Origin: Candidatus Latescibacterota bacterium
GTDB lineage: Bacteria; Latescibacterota; UBA2968; UBA8231
Reading direction: 5' to 3'
DNA length: 64,000 bases
Assembly: GCA_965248355.1 (NCBI GenBank)
Contig: OZ252098.1
Span: forward strand, 2,432,001 to 2,496,000
Positions 38,725-48,374 of this stretch are shown here, one piece after another. The stretch's first letter is position 1. Each line of letters begins with the position of its first letter. The position numbers and the translations under genes are program-made. The notes under the pieces are model-generated. The model searched no databases. It saw only the letters and a list, made by a program, of their open reading frames with translations, and had not been told where the DNA came from.

Positions 38725-40148
38725 GGGCAAGTCCCATTTTCAGTTGAAACGTAGCCCAGGCTCGAGTGGATGAGTCAGCCCGTCATCGCGAGCTGCTGGA
38801 TGCCGAGCTCGGCTTGGAGCGCTTGCCGGAGCATCGGCAGGTGGTGGTAGCCGTTGACCCGGCGGAGGCGAGGTTCGATGTCAAGCAACGCCGTGGCGAC
38901 CCAGCGGTGACGCTGCGACGAGTTGGTCCAGCGCCGCACGTTGTGCGTCAACTGCTCCAGGAGACTGTTGACGTTCTCGATACAGTTGGTGGTACGGAAG
39001 GAGGCCTTCAGCATCGGCATCAGGCCCAGGCGGTGGAGCGTGAGGGTTTCTTGCTGGCCTTCCTCCAAGCTGCGCAGGGCCGACTGGTTCATCAACTGCA
39101 ACCCCGGTTTCAGCGCCTCCAGGGCGGCTTGGGCCTCCTCGTACGTCGAGTGCCCATACGCCGCTTCCAGCTTTCGACGAAGGCCGGCCTGCTCGCTCTT
39201 GGGCAGGTACGAGACCACGTTCTGGCGCTTGTGATACTGGCATCGCTGCACGCAGGCATGGCCTTGAAGCACCGACCGCACCGCCTTGTACAGGCCCTTG
39301 CCTCCATCGATCACCACGAGCAGCCCGGCTTCGTATTGCAGGCCCCGCTCGACCAGCTCCGCCAGGAAGCGGCGACAGACGCGCTCGTTCTCGGTGGCCG
39401 CCTGCACGAAGCCCAAGGGCACCTTCTGGCCCTCCAGAGTCACACCCAGGGCGATGAGGATCTCCTCGTCGGCGAAGCTCTTGCCGTCCAGAAACAGCGC
39501 CACCAGGTCGTAGCCTTCCAAGGATCGCTGCTGGAATTCGGCCAGCTTGCGCGCCGTGCCTTTCACGTACCGGCGAGAGACCGAGGAACGGGACAGACCG
39601 AAGGCTTGCGGGACGGTCTCGGCGCAGGCCTCGTAGTTGCGCGTGGCCAAGCCCTTCAGCACCCGCAACAACAGCCCCTGGTCCATCTGCCTCGGCGTCT
39701 GCAGGGCCTGATAGGCCTCCAGCGGGACCTCGGTGCCGCGGACCACATCGCGCACGCGCGGCACCTCGACCGGCAGTTTCTGATCGCCCAGGTACACCGA
39801 CCCGGCCTGCGCCCCCCAGCGGCGCAACGCCTGATCCGGACCCTTGCGCTGATACCGAGGTCCGGCCAAGGCCTCGACCGACTGCTGCAGCTCCTCCGAG
39901 ACCGCCTGCAGACCCAAAGGGATCAGCAGCTGGATGACCTCGATGCGAGTCTCCAGATCGTCCATCGACGCGGTGGCTTGGCGGTTCACGGGGCCGATGG
40001 CCACGGTCCGTTTGACGCCCTTCTTCCGTGCTTGTAGCTTGCTCATGGCAGGCTCCTTGGGTTACCGATACGAGGCTTCTTGGGGATTTCTCGTATCAAA
40101 CGTAACGATGGGAGCCTGTGCTATTTCAACTAAGATCGGGACAATGCC
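38725..40148 (-). mobile_element. IS256-family insertion sequence
   Basis: Imperfect 25-bp TIRs GGGCAAGTCCCATTTTCAGTTGAAA / GGCATTGTCCCGATCTTAGTTGAAA; 8-bp target duplication CAGTTGCG at 38717-38724 and 40149-40156. Confidence 0.93.
38775..40046 (-). CDS. IS256-family (Mutator) DDE transposase
   Basis: 'ALFLDGK', 'VVIDGGKGL', 'VQRCQYHK', 'RTTNCIE'. Confidence 0.93.
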   Translation of the reverse strand: MSKLQARKKGVKRTVAIGPVNRQATASMDDLETRIEVIQLLIPLGLQAVSEELQQSVEALAGPRYQRKGPDQALRRWGAQAGSVYLGDQKLPVEVPRVRDVVRGTEVPLEAYQALQTPRQMDQGLLLRVLKGLATRNYEACAETVPQAFGLSRSSVSRRYVKGTARKLAEFQQRSLEGYDLVALFLDGKSFADEEILIALGVTLEGQKVPLGFVQAATENERVCRRFLAELVERGLQYEAGLLVVIDGGKGLYKAVRSVLQGHACVQRCQYHKRQNVVSYLPKSEQAGLRRKLEAAYGHSTYEEAQAALEALKPGLQLMNQSALRSLEEGQQETLTLHRLGLMPMLKASFRTTNCIENVNSLLEQLTHNVRRWTNSSQRHRWVATALLDIEPRLRRVNGYHHLPMLRQALQAELGIQQLAMTG

Positions 40149-41369
40149 CAGTTGCGCGTCGAGATTGAAACCCAGGATGGTCTGCCCCGTCATCAGTCCG
40201 TGCTCGAAGGAGACCTCTCTCCGGTTCGAGTAGTCCTGCGCCTCCCCCGGGGCCCGGGCCTGGGTCTGATACGGCGTCACCCGCGGTTCGAAACGACCAT
40301 ACAATGGCACGTAGAAGGGGTGTTGCTGCCGCGTCTGTATGTTGAAGTCGTTGGCCACCACCGCCCGAAAGGCCACGGACCGCGCCGACACCTGCTCGGG
40401 CAAGACGAACACGTACTCCGCCGCCTCCCTGCCCAGGACCTCGCGGAATCCCTCCTTGAGCCGGCCTCCGGCCACGACGGGCGCCAAGGCCGGATCGAAG
40501 TCGGGACTGTCCGGATCGGAGCTGAGGGTCACCTCCCCTTCCTCCGTGAGCCCGGTGACCTCCATGAACACATCGTAGACGGCCGCCCCCGAGTGCTCCG
40601 TTTCCGGGGAGTCATCGGCGATCCGGATCCGGATCTCGTCTGGAGCCTGAATCTCCGGGTAGGGGATGCTGCCGCGCAGGAGACCTCCCTCGCTGCCGAA
40701 GGCGGTGTTGGCTTGGTGCTGGTTCACGAAGGTCGCGCCAAAGGTCAGCACGTCCCCCACCCGCGACTGCCAATGGGCGGCCAGATTGAAGACCGGGTTC
40801 GACTCATCCTCCTCGACATAGTTGATCAGGAGGCCCGTGCCCTGAGCGATCGGAGACGAAAAGCTGCTGAGAGTAGGGAACAGAGAGGAGTCGAATCCAC
40901 GATTTACCAGCGCCGTGATCTTGTTCGCGGGGAACACCAGGTCCCAGCGCAGGCCATTGAACCCGGCCTGACGGAAAGTCAGAGGCGTCAGTTGGGTCCG
41001 CACTTCGTCGCCGGCCGTCATCGCCCAGCTCGCCGGACCGTAGCTGTCGTTGGCGATGATCAGGTTGCTCAGGGAGCGGTACAGGTGGTCCTTGCGGATA
41101 CGGCTCTCGCCGGGCCGCCGTTCGTCCTGTTCAAAGACCAGGAAGCCCTCGGCCAGGAAGTTGCCCAAGTAGTCGTAGCGGTTCGTCAGCCGGATTTGTC
41201 GGCGATACGGCCGGTAGAGATCCTCGCCGTAGTTCCGGTAGGCAGTGGGCAGCACATGGCGCAGGTAGTCACGGGAGGGCTCGGCGTCGGGCAGGTCCGC
41301 GCCGGCCCCGAAGGCCATTCCCACGACAACGGCCGGCGCCATGGCAGGGGCCGCTGCCCGGCGAACCAT
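40149..41369 (-). pseudogene. N-terminal half of the IS256-interrupted exported protein
   Basis: Signal peptide MVRRAAAPAMAPAVVVGMAFGAGA; TAATG coupling to the upstream gene; reads into the IS end. Confidence 0.8.
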
Positions 41370-43069
41370 TAGTAGACCACTCCCACCGTGCCGACCCACA
41401 CGGCCCCTGCGTCAGCCTCGACCTCGACGCGCAACAGGTAGATGCCCGGGGCTGCCAAGGCGCCGGATTCGGCCCGCCCGTCCCACCGCAGGCGGTGCCG
41501 GCCCGCCGCCGACTCGCGCCCCTTCCACAGGGTCCGCACCGGGCGCCCCGACAGGTCGAAGAGGCGTACGGTGACGGGGCGGGGCACCTGTATTTTCCCC
41601 AGATCGAGCCTGATCTCCGTGCCTCCGGCGGCGGCGTTGAAAGGATTGGGCTCGACCCGGACCGCATCCGCCAGTAATACAGAGCTCTGCACACCCTTCC
41701 CCCTCAAGGTCCAGGCGCCATCGCTCTCTGGCCGGGCATTCTGGTAGTTCAAGGGCTCTCCGGCGCCCGACAGGCCCACCGCCGATCGCACCACCAGCAC
41801 GGGCTGCAGCAACACGGCGGTGAAGTCCACCTCGACCATGGCCGTGCCCGTCACCCGGGAGGCCGCTCCAAGATGGAGAAGCAGACCCGATTCGTCCCAT
41901 TCCGAGGCGTACTCTGAGGCAGGCAGGGCGAGGCCATCGACACGCACCTCCTGTACAATCCCCTGCAACCCGATCTCGATGAGGTCGAACCCCAGGTCCC
42001 CTTCATCAAGAGTGGCGGCCAACCTGTAGGTGAATCTCGTCTCCTCGCCAAGGACCGGATGCCTGGGCTCGATCCCCACCAGGACCGCGGTGGCGAGCAG
42101 AGACTCGTCGAACTGCAGCTCCACGGTTTCCAGGCCGGGTGACAGGAGAGCCCGGCGACTCTCCATGAGCACCCGATACTGGAGGTATCGGGCCGGTTCC
42201 GGGGCCGCGATCTCCACCGATCCGGAAGCGGACTCCTCTGGCAGTGTCCAAGACGGCAACTCATGCCACTGCGCCCATATGGCCGTGTCCGAAGTGGTCC
42301 GCGCCTGCACGTTCAGCCGGGTCTCTGCGGGGGCCAGGCCGGAGAACCGCATTGGCCCGAAGTTCACAGGGCGGCCGGCGTCCATCACGGGCGAGACCAG
42401 CTCGCCTTCCTGGCGATAGCCCGTGCCGTAGACCTCCACCTCACCGATGGACACCCAATTGGGCGGATCCTCGCGGGTGACCCGCAGACGCACGTACTGC
42501 CCCTGCACCGGCAGCGGCTGCCCCTGCTCGTCCGTGTCGAGCCAAGTGCTGTCCAGGGTCGTATCCACGAGGGGCTTGTTGTTGTCGCGCAGTTGCGCTA
42601 CCAGTACCCAGTCATCCGGCGCGCCCGCCGGAGCCACCTCGATGCGATACCCCTTCAGGTAGAACCGCGGCCGTTGCTGAAGTATCTCACCGGGGAGAAT
42701 CCGCATCTGCGTCAGCGCCCGGTCGCCATCCAGGACAATCGTGATCTCCTCCCCTAGCACGTGGGCTTCGTTGCCGAAACGCCATTCCGTCGATGTCTCC
42801 GCGTCGGTCACGCTCTGACTCCCCGTCAACGTCAGCGGACCGGACATCGCTGCCCTTCCCAAGGCCAGGTTGATGCCCGCGTACGACTCGAGCCGCAGCA
42901 CGCCCGCCGGGTCTACCTCCACGCCGAGCGCTCGGCCCCGAGCGAAGTCCTGCCCCCCATGCCGCAGAGTCGTCCGGTCGGCGCCGCTCGCCGTTGCCAT
43001 CCCACACAGCCATCCGAGGACCCACCAGCTTGGCCGTCCACGGCGCCCCTCTCTGCTCCATGGTCGCAT
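41369..43069 (-). CDS. Secreted discoidin (F5/8-like) domain protein with C-terminal FlgD-Ig-like domain
   Basis: Signal peptide; 'INLALGR...YVRLRVT...IGEVEVYG'; tail 'EPNPFN...LFDLSGRPVRTL...WDGRAESG..AAPGIYLLRV'. Confidence 0.8.
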   Translation of the reverse strand: MRPWSREGRRGRPSWWVLGWLCGMATASGADRTTLRHGGQDFARGRALGVEVDPAGVLRLESYAGINLALGRAAMSGPLTLTGSQSVTDAETSTEWRFGNEAHVLGEEITIVLDGDRALTQMRILPGEILQQRPRFYLKGYRIEVAPAGAPDDWVLVAQLRDNNKPLVDTTLDSTWLDTDEQGQPLPVQGQYVRLRVTREDPPNWVSIGEVEVYGTGYRQEGELVSPVMDAGRPVNFGPMRFSGLAPAETRLNVQARTTSDTAIWAQWHELPSWTLPEESASGSVEIAAPEPARYLQYRVLMESRRALLSPGLETVELQFDESLLATAVLVGIEPRHPVLGEETRFTYRLAATLDEGDLGFDLIEIGLQGIVQEVRVDGLALPASEYASEWDESGLLLHLGAASRVTGTAMVEVDFTAVLLQPVLVVRSAVGLSGAGEPLNYQNARPESDGAWTLRGKGVQSSVLLADAVRVEPNPFNAAAGGTEIRLDLGKIQVPRPVTVRLFDLSGRPVRTLWKGRESAAGRHRLRWDGRAESGALAAPGIYLLRVEVEADAGAVWVGTVGVVY

Positions 43070-43083
43070 CCGTTCGTACCCGG

Positions 43084-44460
43084 CTACTTCACCGCCACCA
43101 GCCGCTGCGCCAGGGATCCCTCGCGCGTCAGGGCGTACACCAGGATATTCACCCCCAGGCGGTAGGCGGCGATCTCGGGGGCAACGCTGACTCTCCCCTT
43201 TACGCTCATCATGCCCACGAGGTCAGCCTTGGCGTCGTCCTCTCGCAGTCGCTCCGCCATGCCCGCCCACAGGTCGCCGTAGTTCTTCATCGAGTACAGG
43301 CCCACCATCTCTTCCCCCAGGTAGATGCCCTCCAGGTATTCCGGGGTCTGCTCCGGTCGCTCCGATTCCGGCCAGTACGGAAACCAGATGTCTCTCAGGC
43401 CTTTGGGGACCGAGTCGAGATCGTAGTAGCTGTGATACACCGGGTGTTGCTGATCCAGACGCTCAAAGCGCCAATCTGCCAAGGGAGAGTAGCCGGCCTC
43501 ACGAAAGGCCACCTCCACCAGCCGGCGCATCGAGCGCAGATCCTGACGGCCCTGCCGGTCCGTCGGCAAGGTGGGAGTCACCACGTCGAAGTACACGAAC
43601 CCGCCGCTGGTAAGGTAGAATCCCAGGTTGCGCGCCTCGGACCGGGTGAACTCGAAATTGCTCGAGGCAGTGAACAGCAGGAAGGGAACCCGCATCAACT
43701 GCGAATCGTCCAGGCGAATGGCATCCAAGACCGTCGTCTTCACTTGCGTCTCCGACGACATCTTGTCCGCCAGCCCGTGGAGCATCTCCGCCTCGGCCAG
43801 GCGACGGTCGACCCCTGGAGGGCTGAAGCGCCTCAGAGGCCAAGCCTGGCGCTCGGCCGCCGCGATCAACTCGCTGGAGATACTCGCGAGATAGAGGAAG
43901 CCCTTGATCCCCCTGCGGTCGGAAGGATCGACGACGATCAGAGCCCGGTGCCGGCCCGAGTCCAACGCTTGTACGTCCACCAACTCCGCTCGCAGGTCGA
44001 CCCGATCGCCGCCGTCGCGCACCCCCTCCACGGGACTGGCTGCCACGGACGGCAGCGAGCGGGTGGGGACCATGGTCTGACGAGGGATCGGTAACGAGAC
44101 ACCGACACGGGTCCCCGCCGAAGGAATGGAAGCCAGGGCCAAAGGCGCATGATGTCCCACGGGAGAAAGGGCCACGGGCCGGCGGCCACCGCCCCTGTCC
44201 ACCCGCTGGATCGAAGGCCGCTGGATGACTGTGGCGCGCTGGCGCTCCAGGGGCCGTCGATGCGGCGACTGTGGGCGTACGAACTCCGGCCGGCGCACCA
44301 TTGGCTGCGGCGGCGGCGCCGGGTCGGACGCCCACTTGATCAGCAGCAACAGGTGCAGCAGCGCCGCGCTGAACAGACAGAGGGTGACGCGAACCCCTTC
44401 CCTGGATCTCGACCGCAGCATTCCTGTGCGCCTGGCCGAACTCCTGGGAGAGGATATCAC
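43084..44460 (-). CDS. DUF4159 domain protein with N-terminal TM anchor
   Basis: 'SAALLHLLLL' anchor, Pro-rich linker, 'PFLLFT...FTRSEARNLGFYLTSGGF...HPVYHSYYD...RLGVNILVYALT'. Confidence 0.8.
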   Translation of the reverse strand: MISSPRSSARRTGMLRSRSREGVRVTLCLFSAALLHLLLLIKWASDPAPPPQPMVRRPEFVRPQSPHRRPLERQRATVIQRPSIQRVDRGGGRRPVALSPVGHHAPLALASIPSAGTRVGVSLPIPRQTMVPTRSLPSVAASPVEGVRDGGDRVDLRAELVDVQALDSGRHRALIVVDPSDRRGIKGFLYLASISSELIAAAERQAWPLRRFSPPGVDRRLAEAEMLHGLADKMSSETQVKTTVLDAIRLDDSQLMRVPFLLFTASSNFEFTRSEARNLGFYLTSGGFVYFDVVTPTLPTDRQGRQDLRSMRRLVEVAFREAGYSPLADWRFERLDQQHPVYHSYYDLDSVPKGLRDIWFPYWPESERPEQTPEYLEGIYLGEEMVGLYSMKNYGDLWAGMAERLREDDAKADLVGMMSVKGRVSVAPEIAAYRLGVNILVYALTREGSLAQRLVAVK

Positions 44461-44530
44461 CTTGTCCTCGCTTGGGCGTATGACTCAGCCGGGCGGCCTT
44501 GAACCCGCACCGTCGGCGGCGAGACGGCCC

Positions 44531-46657
44531 TTACCTCGCCACCAGCATCTTCTGGACCAGCGAACGGCCTTCGAATTCCACCCGCAGAAGATACACACCC
44601 GAGGACACCGGCTCCCCTTGGTCCGTGCGCCCGTCCCACAAGACCTCGTGAGTCCCAGCAGCCAGCACCCCGCGGGCCAGGCTCCGAACCGGCTGGCCGG
44701 CGACGTTGTACACCCTCATCGAGACCGGATCCTCGTGCAGGCCTGCCTTGGTCAGCCGAATCACCACATTGGAGTTGAATGGATTGGGATAGACGCTGAT
44801 GGTGGAGAATTCTACGGGCCGGGGGCCCAAGTCCCCCGATTCCACGCTCGTCGCGTCGGAGTCGACGCCGCGGTTGAGGAAGGTGTGGGCTCCCCCCGTC
44901 CCTTTGGCCGAGGGTACCAGGACGACCACATCCGGCCAAGCGTCCCCGTTCAGGTCACCTGCGAGCACCTCTGAGCCAAGGCCTGCCAGCGGGTATCGGC
45001 CTTCCAGGGCAAACTGTCCCCCATCCTTTCCCGTGTACACGACCAAGGCGGGAGATCGGAGCCCTGCGTCTACGAACAAGATGTCCAAGCGTCCATCCAT
45101 GTCCAGGTCCCCGACCCACACGCTTCTCACCTGCACCCCCTCATCCAGAGTCTCCTCCACCATGGTGCCGTCCCCTGTGTTGGTCACGATCAGGAGATCA
45201 TCTGGTCCATAACGCCAGTTCGCATCCGCGAGTAAATCGATGTCATGGTCTCCGTCAAGATCACCCACAAACCTCAGTCCCAAACGGTCAACTCCCGAGT
45301 GGAGAGGCATCTCCGCCACCTCTCCGTCCTCATCCAGGCAGGTAACCAGGAAGTGGGCCGGCGAATCGAGATCGGCACTGAAGCTCCCTGCCCACAGCGC
45401 GCCGAGCCTGCCTCCGCCGCATGCGTTGGCCACCCCCCGAGTCAAGCGCCCTCCCCTCGGGCTCAGATCCACCATGGCGTCAAAGCGGCCCGTCCCGTCG
45501 TTCATCATCAAGCCGTGAAACGGCACCTGGTAGTCCTGTGCGAGCAGATCCAAATCGCCATCGCCATCGCCATCCGCCAGGCTGTAAAGCCATATCCCTT
45601 GCAGCTCTCCGGCGAGTTCCCACAGGCCGGAGCGACTTCGCAGTATCTGTGTGTGTGGGTAGCTTGTCCGAACCACTTCTGCTGACCCGTTCCCATCCGT
45701 ATCCCCGCTCAAGAGGGTGAAGAAACTATCGTGGGCCTCGGAAACCCACGGGCTCTGAAATTGCCCGAGACCATCCCCCATTGCCGTTAGCCAGCCGTAG
45801 GTGTCCACTGTGGTCCCTGCACCACCACTACCGAACCTCCACCACGCGGTCGCCAGATCCAGAGTTCCATCCCCGTCGAAGTCCTCCAATACGGCAACGG
45901 GGTGGCCAGGCAATCCTCCGGATGCGCCAACGCCGATCAGTCCGAGAGAGGTGAATCGCGCCTCCTCGAGAAGGAGGCCGGGGGGAGCCCCGGCCTCCAA
46001 AGGCGGAGGGCTCAGCTCTCCCCTGAGCTGCTCTTCAAATCCCGTCAGGATGATCCGATCCACCTCAACCGAGCGCACGTTCCCACCTGACTCACCAGGA
46101 TCAAGACGAAGGGCCACATGAAAGTCCCTCAACTCTCCACTCCAGGTGCCCTCCTCGGCTTTGCGGAGGTCGAAGGTGAACTCCTGCCACGACCCATCCG
46201 CCACAATTGGGTTGTCAAGAAACATCAGTGTGCCCCACCCGGGATACCACAAATGCTCGTTCCAAGCCAGCCTGGGGCCGACCAGAAACGGCGTGTCCGT
46301 CACGAACCGAGCGCGCACTCCCACTTGGTCGAACAGAGCCGTGTCATGCCCGATGATCGGTGACAGGATCTCCAGCGAGGGAGTAACGCGCTCAGAGAAC
46401 TCCCTCCCCGATACCCAGAGTTCCGGGATGTCAATGATCCAGGAACCACCGTCTATCTGAGTGTCGTAGATCTCTTCACCTTGCTGGTAATCCCCCTGCC
46501 ACGCCGTCCATGGGCTCGTTGTGGCCGCCTCTTCTTCGGTGAACTCCCACGTGATGGCGGACAGGTTGGAGGCAGATAGGGTTACAGAGCAGACGACCAC
46601 CAGGACGATCCTGTCGCAATCTCGCCCGGAAAGTGGGCATCTGACAGTGCGGGTCAC
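44531..46657 (-). CDS. Secreted FG-GAP/VCBS repeat protein with FlgD-Ig/T9SS-like tail (paralogue 2)
   Basis: Same architecture as 31226-33322; GTG start after AGGAGG. Confidence 0.88.
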   Translation of the reverse strand: MTRTVRCPLSGRDCDRIVLVVVCSVTLSASNLSAITWEFTEEEAATTSPWTAWQGDYQQGEEIYDTQIDGGSWIIDIPELWVSGREFSERVTPSLEILSPIIGHDTALFDQVGVRARFVTDTPFLVGPRLAWNEHLWYPGWGTLMFLDNPIVADGSWQEFTFDLRKAEEGTWSGELRDFHVALRLDPGESGGNVRSVEVDRIILTGFEEQLRGELSPPPLEAGAPPGLLLEEARFTSLGLIGVGASGGLPGHPVAVLEDFDGDGTLDLATAWWRFGSGGAGTTVDTYGWLTAMGDGLGQFQSPWVSEAHDSFFTLLSGDTDGNGSAEVVRTSYPHTQILRSRSGLWELAGELQGIWLYSLADGDGDGDLDLLAQDYQVPFHGLMMNDGTGRFDAMVDLSPRGGRLTRGVANACGGGRLGALWAGSFSADLDSPAHFLVTCLDEDGEVAEMPLHSGVDRLGLRFVGDLDGDHDIDLLADANWRYGPDDLLIVTNTGDGTMVEETLDEGVQVRSVWVGDLDMDGRLDILFVDAGLRSPALVVYTGKDGGQFALEGRYPLAGLGSEVLAGDLNGDAWPDVVVLVPSAKGTGGAHTFLNRGVDSDATSVESGDLGPRPVEFSTISVYPNPFNSNVVIRLTKAGLHEDPVSMRVYNVAGQPVRSLARGVLAAGTHEVLWDGRTDQGEPVSSGVYLLRVEFEGRSLVQKMLVAR

Positions 46658-46680
46658 TCTCGGCCTCCTTCGAGGGCCAC

Positions 46681-47970
46681 TTATCTCGCCACCAGCATCT
46701 TCTGGACCATTGAACGGCCACCGGTGTCCACCCGAAGGAAGTACGCCCCCGACGACACAAGTTCCCCCCGGTCCGTGCGCCCGTCCCACAAGACCTCGTG
46801 GGTCTCGGCAGCCAGCACCCCGCGGGCCAAGCTCCGAACCGGCTGACCGGCGACGTTGTACACCGTCATCGACACCGGGTCTCCGTCCAGGTCTGCCTTG
46901 GTCAACCGTATCACCACGTTCGAGTTGAACGGATTGGGATAGACGCTGACGACCGGGGACGCCTGGGGCTTCGGATCAAGCTCTCCTGATGCCACGCTCG
47001 TCGCGTCGCCGTCGATGCCCCGGTTGAGGAAGGTGTAGGCTCCTCCCGTCCCCGGAAACCCACGGGCTCCGAAACTGCCCGGAACCATCCCCAACGCAGT
47101 CAGCCAGCCGTGTGAGTCCAGAATGGCCTCTGCATCATCACTCCACCCGTACCTCCACCACGCGCTCGCCAGATCCAGGGCGCCATCCTCATCGAAATCG
47201 TTCAATACAGCTGCGGGGTACTCCGGGAGTCCGCCGGATCTGCCAACGCCTATCAGGCCGAGGGAGGTGAACCGAGCTTCCTCGAGCAACTGGCCGGGGG
47301 GAGCTCCCGCTCCCAAGGGTGGAGGGCTCAGCTCTCCCTTAAGCTGCTCTTCGAATCCCGTCAGGATGATCCGATCAATCTCAACCAAGCGCACGTTCCC
47401 ACCCGACTCACCAGGATCGAAGAGGAAGGCCACATGAAAGTCCTTCAACTCCCCACTCCAGGTGCCCTCCTTGGCCTTGCGGAGGTCGAAGGTGAAGTCC
47501 TGCCACGACCCGTCCGCCACGATTGGGTTCTCCAGAAACATCAGTGTGGCCCGCCCGGGCTCCCACAAATGCTGGTTCCATGCCAGCCTGGGTCCGACAA
47601 GAAATGGCGGTCCGTCACGAATCGAGCGCGCACTCGAACCTGGTCGAACAGAGCCGAGTCATGCCCGATGATCGGTGACAGGATCTCCAGGGAGGGAATC
47701 GCTCTCTTGGAGAACTCCCTCCCCGACACCCAGAGTTCCGGGATGTCGATGATCCAGGATCCACCTTCTATCCGAGTTTCGTAGACCTCCTCGCCCTGCT
47801 GAAAGTTCGACTGCCACGCTGTCCAGGGGCTTGTCGTCGCCCCCTCTTCGTCCGTGAACTCCCAGGTGCGGACAGGTTGGATCCAGTTGCAGTTGCCACA
47901 GAGACAGCGATGACCAGCAGATGGGTGCCTTGGGAGGCAGAAAGGAGGCAGGAGAATAGGCGACGCCAAG
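46681..47970 (-). pseudogene. FG-GAP paralogue 3: frameshifted, with most of the repeat core deleted (5' boundary approximate)
   Basis: The N-terminal domain is split over ORFs 47541-48050 and 46681-47568. The region after 'GWLTA' jumps directly to 'GTGGAYTFLNRG' near 47050. Confidence 0.82.
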
Positions 47971-48146
47971 CCCTTGGTCCCGCGAGTGCACGAAGCTCTG
48001 AGACTGCCAAGTGGAGGTTCTCCTTGTCGAACGAGCATATAGGAACCCACCGATCATGGGGGCTGAATTGGGGGGGCAGCCCCCATGATCCAGGGAGGGG
48101 CTGCTTGGTCTCAAGCTGAAGTGAAGCCGATAGGCCCCTTACCTCT

Positions 48147-48164
48147 ATGCACTTTCCATGCCCA
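48147..48164 (-). promoter_or_regulatory. sigma54 (-24/-12) promoter upstream of the FG-GAP operon
   Basis: Minus strand tgGGCATGgaaagtGCAt gives GG-N10-GC. Confidence 0.6.
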
Positions 48165-48293
48165 AAGCACAGGGATTGCGCGAGGAGAGTCCTCCAAGAG
48201 TGCTCTAACCTATTGCCAACTAAGATAGTTAAGGAAGTTTTCGAAGTGCTTCCGATGTGCGGCCAGCCCATTCCTGCAAGCCCCAGAAGCGTA

Positions 48294-48350
48294 CGTATTT
48301 CCGTATCTGAGGATACGGTTCGCCGTATTCACAGTACGGATTTCCGTATT
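48294..48350. promoter_or_regulatory. Clustered palindromic sites, putative enhancer (UAS) for a sigma54 activator
   Basis: CCGTATC-TGAG-GATACGG (48301-48318), CCGTAT-TCACA-GTACGG (48323-48339) and further CGTAT half-sites, about 140-190 bp upstream of the -24/-12 element. Confidence 0.6.
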
Positions 48351-48374
48351 CTCTCAGGCCAAAGCTGCCTTGGA

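Noticed and set aside
31226..47970. Diversity-generating retroelement explanation for the repeated FG-GAP segments
   Set aside because: No reverse transcriptase is in the window and the differences between copies do not appear adenine-specific.
48200..48220. Second sigma54 promoter TTGGCAATAGGTTAGA
   Set aside because: The -12 position reads GA rather than GC.
48294..48350. Mini CRISPR array
   Set aside because: The repeats are only 6-7 nt, palindromic, without spacers of CRISPR length, and there are no cas genes.
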